Assembly (NCBI GenBank): GCA_020631955.1
Contig: JACKGL010000003.1
Coordinates: forward strand, 8,059-72,058
Direction: 5' to 3'
Source: Candidatus Nomurabacteria bacterium
Lineage (GTDB): Bacteria > Patescibacteriota > Minisyncoccia > Phycocordibacterales > UBA9973
Length of the DNA: 64,000 nt
Shown: positions 26,137 to 35,543 of the stretch, piece after piece
Layout of the letters: every line of letters starts with the position of its first letter
Numbering within the stretch: the first letter of the stretch is position 1
Translations under genes and position numbers: made by a program
Notes under the pieces: model-generated
What the model was told of the DNA's origin: nothing
What the model saw: the letters and a program-made list of their open reading frames with translations, nothing else
Database searches by the model: none

Positions 26137-26787
26137 CTAAGATTTTTGAGATGTTTCCGATGATGACACTTCAGAATTAAACCCTTTTGACTTTACGATA
26201 ATATGCAACCACTTATCATTATCGGCGTGCGAAATACTTACTATTTCAAAAGGTAATGCAGAAAGTAGGTTCCTTATTTCTTCCTCGTTGTGATAGTTAA
26301 AGTATCTCGGAGCATCCATTTTTTCTTCGGTTACTTCTTCACCTTCACCAGTTTTCAAAGAAAAACCAGCAACTCCGTTTTTCTTAAGGACTTTTGATAT
26401 GTTAGCTACCGCTTTTTCAAAAACATCTTTGGGCGCGTGCAATAGTACAGCATTAGCAAAAAATCCATCAAACTTATTGGCCCATTCTTCTTTTGGTTCA
26501 TTTCTGAAGTCAAACTCACTGGTTTCAAAACCTTCTTCTGAAAGTTTATTTAGGGCTTCGGGGATAATATCCGTACAGGTTACTTTATATCCTTTTGAGG
26601 CAAAGTACTGAGCATCTCTACCAGTTGCAGAACTTAGCTCAAGAATTGAGCCATTTTGTGGTAAATGACTGGTAAAGTTGTCCATCCATTCCTTAAACTC
26701 ACTGCTAGCTTCAGTAGGGGTACGGTCTTTGTATTTTTGAAAACCTTCTTTATAGGTTTTTATAGTAAGGTCGTTGAGATTTTCCAT
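26137..26787 (-). CDS. Class I SAM-dependent methyltransferase
   Basis: Motif I ILELSSATGRDAQYFASKGYKVTCTDI and post-I acidic residue. Confidence 0.7.
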   Translation of the reverse strand: MENLNDLTIKTYKEGFQKYKDRTPTEASSEFKEWMDNFTSHLPQNGSILELSSATGRDAQYFASKGYKVTCTDIIPEALNKLSEEGFETSEFDFRNEPKEEWANKFDGFFANAVLLHAPKDVFEKAVANISKVLKKNGVAGFSLKTGEGEEVTEEKMDAPRYFNYHNEEEIRNLLSALPFEIVSISHADNDKWLHIIVKSKGFNSEVSSSETSQKS

Positions 26788-26869
26788 TATTTTATCTTAA
26801 CATTTTCACAAAAAGTTCTAAACCCTACTTGGATAACAAAAATCACCTTGATCTACAAGGTGATTTTAA

Positions 26870-26945
26870 TGGCTCCGCGGGTAGGGCTCGAACCTACGAC
26901 CAATCGATTAACAGTCGACCGCTCTACCAACTGAGCTACCGCGGA
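26870..26945 (-). tRNA. tRNA-Asn (GUU), CCA encoded
   Basis: Cloverleaf TCCGCGG-TA-GCTC..GAGC-G-GTCGA-CTGTTAA-TCGAT-TGGTC-GTAGG-TTCGAGC-CCTAC-CCGCGGA-G-CCA. Terminator hairpin at 26838-26868. Confidence 0.93.
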
Positions 26946-27015
26946 ATATGTTTTATTCCACGTTACGCTCAGTAGACTGAGCCCTACCTCTCGGTAGGCA
27001 GGTACCGCGGAATAT
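26937..27015 (-). repeat. 13-bp direct repeat of the tRNA-Asn 5' end (TACCGCGGAATAT) bracketing a 53-nt CCTGCC-type hairpin segment
   Basis: Identical 13-mers at 26937-26949 and 27003-27015. The intervening minus-strand sequence CCTGCCTACCGAGAGGTAGGGCTCAGTCTACTGAGCG includes a degenerate D-arm copy. Confidence 0.7.
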
Positions 27016-27082
27016 AAATTGGGTTTTAAAAATCTAGCTTTTGGCTAGATATGTGCTCCATATTATCAAGAATACTTTGCTT

Positions 27083-27111
27083 TTGCAAGCCAATAAATAC
27101 AGGTGTATAAT
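27083..27111 (+). promoter_or_regulatory. Sigma-70 promoter TTGCAA-17-TATAAT for hpf
   Basis: TTGCAA 27083-27088; TATAAT 27106-27111. Confidence 0.6.
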
Positions 27112-27140
27112 TAAGATGTTATAAGATAATCTAAGAAAAT

Positions 27141-27494
27141 ATGTTAAATATCTCAATCAAAAATACCAATATGGATCTTACCTTAGATCAACAAAACTAT
27201 GTAAAAAGTAAGATGCAAAATGCACAGAAATACATAGGTGACGGAGATGCGAGCTTGTTCTATGAAGTCGAGATGGATACTTCGGCTCATAGTGGAGATA
27301 TTTACAGGGCAGAAGCCAGGATGCAGATAGGGCATGATAGTTTTTACGCTGAAGCAAAGGGTAGCACCATAGAGTCTGCCATGGATCAAGTAAAAGATAA
27401 ATTTTTTAGAGAGTTAAGAAGAAGCAAAACAAAGAAATCCAATGCTTTTATAAAAGGAGCACAAAGGATAAAAAAGATGTTAAGAGGGGAGTAG
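27141..27494 (+). CDS. hpf: Ribosome hibernation promoting factor / RaiA family (short form)
   Basis: 117 aa. N-terminus MLNISIKNTNMDLTLDQQNYVKSKM and overall S30AE-like pattern. Confidence 0.7.
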   Translation: MLNISIKNTNMDLTLDQQNYVKSKMQNAQKYIGDGDASLFYEVEMDTSAHSGDIYRAEARMQIGHDSFYAEAKGSTIESAMDQVKDKFFRELRRSKTKKSNAFIKGAQRIKKMLRGE

Positions 27495-27495
27495 T

Positions 27496-28203
27496 TTATA
27501 GTCCCAATATATTAAGAAAGCTCTTAAGCTCTTTATCTCTTATTATTCTTATCTGGTTTGACCGAAGTCCAGATAGGGATATGTTTTCTATTCTAAATCT
27601 TTCCAATGACTTTACATCGTAGCCAAAAGCAGCACACATTCTTCTGATCTGTCTGTTTTGACCTTCTGTCAGTATGATATCAAAAGTATTTTCGTTTATT
27701 TTTCTTACCTTTGCTGGCTTGGTGCGAAATTCTCCCACCCGAACACCTTCTTTTAGAGATTTGAGTAATGTGTTATTTATTTTTTTATTCACTCTCACAT
27801 GGTACTCTTTTTCGTGTTCGAATTTTGGGTTTAAGAGTTTGTCAGTGATCCTTCCATCGTTGGTAAGTATGATGAGTCCAGAACTATCTTTGTCTAATCT
27901 ACCTATAGGAAATACTGTATCAGAGTATTTACCTATCATATCTTTGATAGATTTTTGCCCTACATCTGGCAGAGTTGATACTCCTTTTGGTTTGTTATAT
28001 GCGAGATATATGTAGTCTTCAGTGATTTCTTTCTTTCCAGTTTTTATTTCTACTTTATCTTTTGCACCCACCTTATCTCCTAAAGTAGCTTTTTTACCGT
28101 TTATATAAACAAACCCTTTTTCTATAAGAGCTTCGACAGACCTTCTAGTACCATACCCCAGGTCTCGTAAATATGAATTTATTCTTTTATTATCTTGTGT
28201 CAT
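27496..28203 (-). CDS. rRNA pseudouridine synthase (RsuA/RluB family) with S4 domain
   Basis: S4-like N-terminus RINSYLRDLGYGTRRSVEALI and catalytic GRLDKDSSGLIILTNDG. Confidence 0.88.
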   Translation of the reverse strand: MTQDNKRINSYLRDLGYGTRRSVEALIEKGFVYINGKKATLGDKVGAKDKVEIKTGKKEITEDYIYLAYNKPKGVSTLPDVGQKSIKDMIGKYSDTVFPIGRLDKDSSGLIILTNDGRITDKLLNPKFEHEKEYHVRVNKKINNTLLKSLKEGVRVGEFRTKPAKVRKINENTFDIILTEGQNRQIRRMCAAFGYDVKSLERFRIENISLSGLRSNQIRIIRDKELKSFLNILGL

Positions 28204-29350
28204 GTATTTTCAATGCTATCGTTGCTCCGAATATTAGCACTATTCCTAGTGTTATGTACAATCCCAAAAATCCAAACAAACTTATTATAAGAGTGGCCAC
28301 TACAGGCGCTATAAGATAAGCTGCGGGTGTCATATTTCTAAAAAGACTTATTAGAAAAGGTTCTCTGTCGTCTATACACTTGAAGAAGTAAGTGTTTGAC
28401 ATCACCTCGACAGTAGCAGCTCCGACTCTACTAAAGAAAAGTAGTATAGCTATATATAAAAGAGAGTTACCTGTATATGTACCGAACAAAAATACAGCAC
28501 AAGCCATGATGATAAAACCGAACACCAGGAGCTCTTTTTCTCCCAGTTTTTTATCTGCGAGCCTTCCTAAAGGTAGCTCTAGTAATACAAAAGGTAGTAG
28601 CATGATGGTAAATATGATACCTATATCACCAAACTCAAAACCTTTTTCTTTTATCAGGTAAAGAGGTGTATATATCACCATCCATGCATAGAAAACTTGC
28701 AGTAAGAAAAAAGATAATATGATAAGAGATATATCTTTATGTGAATGTATGAACTGGAAAGATGCAAAAAGGGATCTGTCGTGATACTTTGTGTCTTGAA
28801 ACTTTTTTATACCAAACAAAATTATAAGTAGTGCTGGTGCTATGGTAAGAGAAGCTATAGAGTATAGAACAGGTGCTCCAAAAATTTGGACTACTACTCC
28901 AGCCAAAAAAGGAGACATTAACCAAGCCAAGTTGGTGATAGTCAGGTAAAGACCTCTTATTTCTCCTACATGACTTTGGTTTGCGAAGTGGGCTATGATT
29001 ATGTCTATGTTGTAAAGGATAATATTGTTTGTAGCTATGTAGAATATAAGGGCTAAAGCTATGAAAATACCTTGTGTGGCTGTAGCCAACATAGATATCA
29101 TAAGTAGGTTTATAAATAAAAATATAGATGTTGTGCGTCTTACACCGAGTTTCTCTAGTATCCTAGGACTGAATTCTAATATGATAAGAGTGCTAAGTGA
29201 TGCAAGAGAAAATATCACACCCACCATCTGGGCGCTGAAATAGTTACTCAAAAAGGAAGAGTTGATATAAGCAGTGAGCGCAACGTTGAAAGAAAATATA
29301 AATGCGGCAAGTATAGATCTGCGAGCTAGGCTATTCTTCAATGTCTCCAT
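28190..29350 (-). CDS. MFS transporter
   Basis: 386 aa, about 12 TM helices, GRLADKKLGEKE loop motif. Confidence 0.8.
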   Translation of the reverse strand: METLKNSLARRSILAAFIFSFNVALTAYINSSFLSNYFSAQMVGVIFSLASLSTLIILEFSPRILEKLGVRRTTSIFLFINLLMISMLATATQGIFIALALIFYIATNNIILYNIDIIIAHFANQSHVGEIRGLYLTITNLAWLMSPFLAGVVVQIFGAPVLYSIASLTIAPALLIILFGIKKFQDTKYHDRSLFASFQFIHSHKDISLIILSFFLLQVFYAWMVIYTPLYLIKEKGFEFGDIGIIFTIMLLPFVLLELPLGRLADKKLGEKELLVFGFIIMACAVFLFGTYTGNSLLYIAILLFFSRVGAATVEVMSNTYFFKCIDDREPFLISLFRNMTPAAYLIAPVVATLIISLFGFLGLYITLGIVLIFGATIALKIHDTR

Positions 29351-29362
29351 ATAGATATAATA

Positions 29363-31297
29363 CTATACAGATAGCACTACTGGAATAACAAGGGGTCTTT
29401 TTCCTGTGGATTGGACCAAAAATCTTTCGATATTGTCTACTATTTCTGATTTTACTATATCAAAGTTGATAGTTTGATGAGGTGCTGAGTTTTTCTCTAT
29501 TGTTCTTTTTATTATAAACCTAGCTTCCTTTAATAGTTCTTGGGATTCTTTTAGATAGACAAAACCTCTAGAAATGATATCTGGTGATTTGTGTAGTTTA
29601 CCTGTCTCTGTGTTGATAGTAGCTACGATAACAAACATACCGTCTTCTGCTAGCATTTGTCTGTCACGTATCACTACGTCTTGTTCATCTCCTACAGTAA
29701 AGCCGTCTACCATCATAGGCCCAGCTGGAGCCTTCTCTCTGATAGAGTATATTTTTTCTCCTTTTTCATCTATTTCTATAACAGAACCGTTGTCAGGGAC
29801 TACTATATTTTCTTCTTTCATTCCTATTTCCATAGCGAGCTGTTTGTGTAGCTTTAGATGGAAGTGGTGTCCGTGTATAGGTATGAAAAACTTCGGCTTT
29901 AGTTTTTGGTGTAGCCACTTTATATCTTCTTTGTTTCCGTGTCCTGTGGCGTGAACATAGTCTTCACCTGGAGTACGATAAGAAATGATCTTTACATCTT
30001 GTCTGGCTAGCCCGTCTTTTAGTTTTTGTACAGATTTTTCATTACCTGGAACGATAGAAGCAGAAAGCACCACAGTGTCACCACGCTTTAATGTAAACTT
30101 TTTATGAGTTTTGTTTGCAGCTCTGTTTAGCGCAGCAAACTCTTCTCCTTGAGCACCTGTCATAAGTATGATGACTCTGTCTGGTGGGTATTTATCCACT
30201 TCTTCTATAGGTATGAGAGTGCCTTTGTTTGGTTTTATCAATCCAGCTTCTATAGACACTTCTATGTTGGTCTTCATACTTCTACCATCAAGAGCCACTT
30301 TTTTGTTGAGTGATTCGGCTACTTTTATGATATGCATCAGACGTGTTATATGAGAAGCGAAAGCTGCAATGATCATTCTACCTTTTACTTTTTTTATGAG
30401 GTTTTCTAGTCCTTCGTGTACATATACTTCTGGAAGCGCAAAACCTTCATTTTCTATGTTGGTAGAGTCTGTCATAAGAAGAAGTACTTTATTCTTCTCA
30501 AATATCTCGTATTCTTTTAGTTCGCTATCTGTTACCACACCATCTATCTGATCTAGTTTGTAGTCACCAGGGTTTACTATCCAACCATGTTCTGTCTCTA
30601 TTATGATACCCATAGAGTCTGGGATAGTGTGTGTCACACCCCAAAATCTGACTTTTATGTCACCACATTTTATAACTTGATCTTTTTCTACTGTGATAGC
30701 GTTGAGTTTTGGTAGGTGAGGGAATTCAGCTTGTCTTTTCTTCATGAGAAGAACCGTAAGGTTTCTCGAATATACAGGAGGGTTTCCGATACGAGAAAGT
30801 ACCAAAGGCACACCACCTATGTGGTCTAAGTGTCCGTGAGTGATGATCATAGCTCGTATTTTGTCTTTGTTTTCTTCTAGGTAAGTAGTGTTTGGTATGA
30901 TGTAGTCTATACCAGGAGTATCTCCTCCTGAGAACTGCATACCAGCATCTACAACTATGATATCGTTACCGATCTCTATAGCTGTCATGTTTTTTCCTAT
31001 TTCTTCTACACCACCAAGAGGAACTATTCTGATCACACCTTTTTTTACTTTTGGTATCTGATCTTTAGTTCTTTTTCTTATCGGGGCGAGTCTTCTAGGA
31101 GCTACTTTTGGTCTTTTTGGCATAGCTTTTGGTCCATGAGAAGGAGCACCACTTTTTACTGGTGGTTTTCTTTTTATGTTTGCCAAGACTTTAGATAAGT
31201 CTTTGGGAGCTTGCTTTTTTATTTGATGTTGTTTTGGTTTATGATTTTTCTTATTTCTTTGCGGTACAGCATGGTACGGCTTTGGTGTATTATTCAT
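29363..31297 (-). CDS. rnj: Ribonuclease J (metallo-beta-lactamase/beta-CASP) with ~85-aa Lys/Pro-rich N-terminal extension
   Basis: IRIVPLGGVEEIGKNM, HGHLDHIGG and beta-CASP blocks. Basic extension is MNNTPKPYHAVPQRNKKNHKPKQHQIKKQAPK... Confidence 0.92.
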   Translation of the reverse strand: MNNTPKPYHAVPQRNKKNHKPKQHQIKKQAPKDLSKVLANIKRKPPVKSGAPSHGPKAMPKRPKVAPRRLAPIRKRTKDQIPKVKKGVIRIVPLGGVEEIGKNMTAIEIGNDIIVVDAGMQFSGGDTPGIDYIIPNTTYLEENKDKIRAMIITHGHLDHIGGVPLVLSRIGNPPVYSRNLTVLLMKKRQAEFPHLPKLNAITVEKDQVIKCGDIKVRFWGVTHTIPDSMGIIIETEHGWIVNPGDYKLDQIDGVVTDSELKEYEIFEKNKVLLLMTDSTNIENEGFALPEVYVHEGLENLIKKVKGRMIIAAFASHITRLMHIIKVAESLNKKVALDGRSMKTNIEVSIEAGLIKPNKGTLIPIEEVDKYPPDRVIILMTGAQGEEFAALNRAANKTHKKFTLKRGDTVVLSASIVPGNEKSVQKLKDGLARQDVKIISYRTPGEDYVHATGHGNKEDIKWLHQKLKPKFFIPIHGHHFHLKLHKQLAMEIGMKEENIVVPDNGSVIEIDEKGEKIYSIREKAPAGPMMVDGFTVGDEQDVVIRDRQMLAEDGMFVIVATINTETGKLHKSPDIISRGFVYLKESQELLKEARFIIKRTIEKNSAPHQTINFDIVKSEIVDNIERFLVQSTGKRPLVIPVVLSV

Positions 31298-31303
31298 ATA
31301 GAA

Positions 31304-33022
31304 TTATTTGTTGAAGAGTGAATATAGGTATTCACTATATATGTTAGCTTTGTAAATAGTAGATAACCTATCACTGCTCTCAGCAATGTTTGTAGTTACC
31401 CAATTTTTTATAGACTTAGTGTGTACTATTGTAAGGTGAGGGTTGTATATAAATACAGCGCTCGGAGCCTTTTTGTACTCACTTATAAAACTAGAAATAG
31501 TTTTTTCTTTATCATAGTCTCCTGTACCACTACGCATCTTTTCCAACAGAGAGTCGACAGCAGAAACTGTATATTCTGTCACATTGAGTCCTGGATCTTT
31601 TCTTTGAGACGAATGCCAGAAGGCAAAAAGATCTGATTCGTGTTCTATTATTTCTCCAAACAATAGAGCTTCGAACTCTCTTGGTCTTATGATGTCTTGG
31701 TTTAAAGTACCTATATCAAAAATTTGTATTTCTACGGCTATACCTATTTTTTGCAGATTTCTTTGTATCTCTTCTGCGACACTGATGAGTTCCGGTGTGT
31801 CGCTAGTAGCTATCTTAAGAGAAAGATAAGTCGTGTTATCTTTGTCTGTCTTGGACATAAAGCCTGTTTCGTCTATTGACCAGCCTTTAGATACTAAAAG
31901 ATTTATTGCTTTTTCCGGATCGTATTCGCTCACATAATCACTTGGATTGTAGAGTGTGTTTGGTACCGGATTGGAAATAGGAGTAGCGTGTCCGAAGAAG
32001 ATACTATCAATTATTTCATTTTTGTCAATAGCCATCTGTATAGCTTTTACTATGTAGTCATTTCCTAGTAGGGGATTTTGGTTTTTATTAAAGAAAAGTC
32101 CAAAGACGCGAGGGAGTGGTACGCTCTCTACTACAAATGATTTGTCTTCAAACGTATAAGTATTTGCTGGTGAAATACCAGATATAGTATCTACACTCGA
32201 ACCTTTTATTGCGTCTATGGCTTTTTGTTCATTTGGGTAAAACTTTACTAATATGTGATCTATATAAGGACGGCCCAAAGCAAAGTCTCTATTTGATACT
32301 AGAGAATAAGATATGGCTATACCTGAAGATTTCTTTTCTACAGATGATATTTTATAAGGTCCAGTACCTATAGGAGAAGTGTTGTAGTCGTTTATTGAAA
32401 ATTCTGTAGGACTTAGGTCTTTCCATAGGTGATATGGAAGTATACCTAGTGTCAGCTGGTCTTCAAAAGCGGAATATGGTTCTTTTATTTTAAATACTAT
32501 AGTATAGTCATCCACTATCTCTGATGAAACTCCTTGCCATTTTATACGTAGGGGACTTTTTACATCAGGGTTTTGTATAGATTCTATAGTAAAGGATACG
32601 TCTGTAGCAGTGAGCTCTTCTCCGTCGTGGAATTTGACTCCTTTTTTAAGATGGACTGTGTATTCCTTACCATCTTCACTTTTTTCTACGCTTGACGCTA
32701 GGTCGTTTATATATCCACCTTTTTCATCTTTTCTAAGTATGCCGCTATATACAAGTTCTGTAAGGTCTTTGTCTGCATCTGTTATAGCCAATACTGGGTT
32801 TATAAATCTAGGTGTACCAACTATACCTATGGTGTATGTGCCTCCATATGCAGGATTTATCTTAGATAGACTGCGGTTTAGATCTTCAAATATATTTAAA
32901 AAAGAAAAAAGTCCTACAAAAAATAATACTAAAAGCAAAAGCCACTCTTTCTTCGAAAGAGATCTTTCAATCAAAAAGAATTCATCCTTAGACGGAAAAA
33001 AATTTTTTATTTTTTTAAACAT
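31304..33022 (-). CDS. ABC transporter substrate-binding protein, family 5 (peptide/nickel type), membrane-anchored
   Basis: 572 aa, N-terminal TM anchor, SBP_bac_5-like blocks (GTGPYKI, KFHDG). Confidence 0.8.
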   Translation of the reverse strand: MFKKIKNFFPSKDEFFLIERSLSKKEWLLLLVLFFVGLFSFLNIFEDLNRSLSKINPAYGGTYTIGIVGTPRFINPVLAITDADKDLTELVYSGILRKDEKGGYINDLASSVEKSEDGKEYTVHLKKGVKFHDGEELTATDVSFTIESIQNPDVKSPLRIKWQGVSSEIVDDYTIVFKIKEPYSAFEDQLTLGILPYHLWKDLSPTEFSINDYNTSPIGTGPYKISSVEKKSSGIAISYSLVSNRDFALGRPYIDHILVKFYPNEQKAIDAIKGSSVDTISGISPANTYTFEDKSFVVESVPLPRVFGLFFNKNQNPLLGNDYIVKAIQMAIDKNEIIDSIFFGHATPISNPVPNTLYNPSDYVSEYDPEKAINLLVSKGWSIDETGFMSKTDKDNTTYLSLKIATSDTPELISVAEEIQRNLQKIGIAVEIQIFDIGTLNQDIIRPREFEALLFGEIIEHESDLFAFWHSSQRKDPGLNVTEYTVSAVDSLLEKMRSGTGDYDKEKTISSFISEYKKAPSAVFIYNPHLTIVHTKSIKNWVTTNIAESSDRLSTIYKANIYSEYLYSLFNK

Positions 33023-33039
33023 AATTTTAAATTACAAAT

Positions 33040-33273
33040 TTATATTAGTACATGTGACAATAGTACAGCGATAACAAAAAGTATCCCCACTACTATAGTG
33101 AATGTAAAAATAAATTTTTCGAATCCTCTTCTTTTACTGTAAGTGACACTATCGTCACTACCTCCTAGAGCACCACCTATACCTGCACTTCTTTCTTGAA
33201 GGATAACTGAGATTATAAGTATTATAGCTAGTACTATCTGAGCTGAATTTAAGATTTTTGGTAAAAATTCCAT
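33040..33273 (-). CDS. secG: Preprotein translocase subunit SecG
   Basis: 77 aa, two TM helices, glycine-rich loop ERSAGIGGALGGSD. Confidence 0.8.
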   Translation of the reverse strand: MEFLPKILNSAQIVLAIILIISVILQERSAGIGGALGGSDDSVTYSKRRGFEKFIFTFTIVVGILFVIAVLLSHVLI

Positions 33274-33364
33274 TTCCTAACTATATCAAAAAAAATATTA
33301 GAATCAAGTGACGAGGGGGATTTTACATTGGCTATTTAAATGGTAAAATAATATATAAGAAAAT

Positions 33365-35503
33365 ATGTATTTTGGCGACAATAAAGACATTACATATCTG
33401 GCAAAAACCAACTTCCGTAACAAGGAGCAGATTTTTGGTATAAAAACGAAAGATAGAAGGCAACATATGTATGTACTAGGAAAGTCTGGTACCGGTAAGT
33501 CTGCACTCCTATACAATATGATAATTCAAAACATTGCCAATGGTAGTGGTGTTTGTGTTGTAGATCCTCACGGAGAACTAGTAGAAGATGTGCTGAAGTC
33601 TATACCGGACCATCGTTTGGATGATGTTATATATTTCAACCCAGCAGACATCACTAGTCATATGGGATTCAACGTTTTGGAAATAGAAGATCCAAAATAC
33701 AAACACTTGGTAGCGTCTGGTCTGATGGGAATATTTACCAAGATTTGGGCCAACGCATGGAGTGCCAGAATGGAATACATACTAAACAACTCCATCTTAG
33801 CCCTTTTGGATACTCCAGGGACTACGCTACTTGGTATACCTAGGATACTAGTAGACAAAGACTATAGGCAAAAAATAATAGAAAACCTAAAAGACCCAGT
33901 GGTAAGGGCTTTTTGGGTTCATGAGTATGAAGCGTGGCAAGACAAGTTTAGAAACGAAGCCATCGCACCTATACAAAACAAAGTTGGGCAGTTTTTATCC
34001 ACCGCTATCATAAGAAATGTTGTAGGGCAAAGTAACTCGACTATAAATATTTTCGATATTATGAACGAGGAAAAAGTTTTCTTGGTCAATGTTTCAAAGG
34101 GTAGGATAGGTGAAGACAACTCAGCTCTTTTGGGAGGTATGCTTATCACCAAAATACAGCTAGCTGCCATGGAAAGAGTGCGTATACCAGAAAAAGATAG
34201 AAAAGATTTTTATCTATATGTCGACGAATTCCAAAACTTTGTTACTGATTCTTTTGCTTCTATTTTGTCTGAAGCTCGTAAATACCGACTTTGTCTTACT
34301 ATCGCTCACCAATACACAGGCCAACTCATCACTGATGCAGGTCCGGCTGTGCGAGATGCTGTTTTTGGTAACGTAGGAACCATGATCATATTTAGAGTTG
34401 GAGCTGATGATGCAGACTTTCTAGAAAAGGAATTCTCACCAGAGTTTACTGTGGAAGATATAGTAAACCAACCAAACTATCATGTATATATGAAGCTTAT
34501 GGTGGACGGTGTGACATCTAGACCTTTTTCTGCTTGGACATTACCGCCTTATGAATCAGAGAACGGTGAAGTAAATAGAGAGAAGATCATAAAAAGATCA
34601 AAAGAACTTTACACCAGACCAAGAGAGGTTGTAGAAAAAGAGATCAACGAATGGAGTGGTATGACAAACAACGACGAAGATGGCAAAGATGGTAAATGGA
34701 AAGCTGTATGTAGTAACTGTGGTGTAGATATCACCTTACCTTTTATGCCAAAAGAAGGAAGAAGTGTGTACTGTAAAGACTGTATGGCGAAGATAAAAAA
34801 AGGTGACCTTATGCCAGTGCAGAACTTTAAGACCAATCCTAAAAAAGAAGCTGAGAGTTATGAAGCTTTGGCAAATCTGGGGATAGAATTTTCAAGCTCA
34901 AATAACAAAAACTCAAACAGACGTGATGGTAACAAAAAAGTAGAAGACATAAATACTCAAAGAAGAAAAGTGTCTAAGAGAAAAAATAATGGAGATGACA
35001 AAACTAAAAAGGTGGACCTAGGAAAGATCTTGGCGGAAGCACTCAAAGTAAGTCCTAATAAAAAAGATATTCCTCAAGTAGAAGAAGTAAAAGAAATTAA
35101 AACTGAAAAAGACGAAGAAGGGTATGTATCTTTGAGTGATCTAAAAGGAAATACTGAGGAAGTGGTAAATAAAGATGATGAAGTAAAAGAAGAACCAAAA
35201 CAAGAGTCTACAAAAGAAGAAAAAGATAAAAAGGACTGGAAGTTTGCAAGCAAAGACCAGAGTGAAGAAAGTAAAAACTCTCTCAAAGAGGCTCTTATGT
35301 CTATGAAGAAAAATGTTGCTGATGTTTCCTTGGATAGTGAAGTAGAAGATGACAAAGATGAAGGAAAGCCTGTAGAGACAAAGTCAGTAAAACAACTCAA
35401 AGAAGACATAGCTCTAGATGAAGATCTAGATAATATTCAAAAACCATCAAACAAATCTAGAAAAGAAGTACCAGAAGATGTACTTAAAGATTTGTTGAAG
35501 TAA
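33365..35503 (+). CDS. TraD/VirD4-like (type IV coupling protein / DUF87-type) P-loop NTPase with C-terminal zinc ribbon and long charged tail
   Basis: Walker A GKSGTGKS, Walker B FYLYVDEFQNF, ARKYRLCLTIAHQY. Zinc ribbon CSNCG-x17-CKDC. About 230 aa of K/E/D-rich low-complexity tail. Confidence 0.7.
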   Translation: MYFGDNKDITYLAKTNFRNKEQIFGIKTKDRRQHMYVLGKSGTGKSALLYNMIIQNIANGSGVCVVDPHGELVEDVLKSIPDHRLDDVIYFNPADITSHMGFNVLEIEDPKYKHLVASGLMGIFTKIWANAWSARMEYILNNSILALLDTPGTTLLGIPRILVDKDYRQKIIENLKDPVVRAFWVHEYEAWQDKFRNEAIAPIQNKVGQFLSTAIIRNVVGQSNSTINIFDIMNEEKVFLVNVSKGRIGEDNSALLGGMLITKIQLAAMERVRIPEKDRKDFYLYVDEFQNFVTDSFASILSEARKYRLCLTIAHQYTGQLITDAGPAVRDAVFGNVGTMIIFRVGADDADFLEKEFSPEFTVEDIVNQPNYHVYMKLMVDGVTSRPFSAWTLPPYESENGEVNREKIIKRSKELYTRPREVVEKEINEWSGMTNNDEDGKDGKWKAVCSNCGVDITLPFMPKEGRSVYCKDCMAKIKKGDLMPVQNFKTNPKKEAESYEALANLGIEFSSSNNKNSNRRDGNKKVEDINTQRRKVSKRKNNGDDKTKKVDLGKILAEALKVSPNKKDIPQVEEVKEIKTEKDEEGYVSLSDLKGNTEEVVNKDDEVKEEPKQESTKEEKDKKDWKFASKDQSEESKNSLKEALMSMKKNVADVSLDSEVEDDKDEGKPVETKSVKQLKEDIALDEDLDNIQKPSNKSRKEVPEDVLKDLLK

Positions 35504-35543
35504 TTTTGTTGACAAAAATACCAGCTAAGTGTACATTTGCTTT

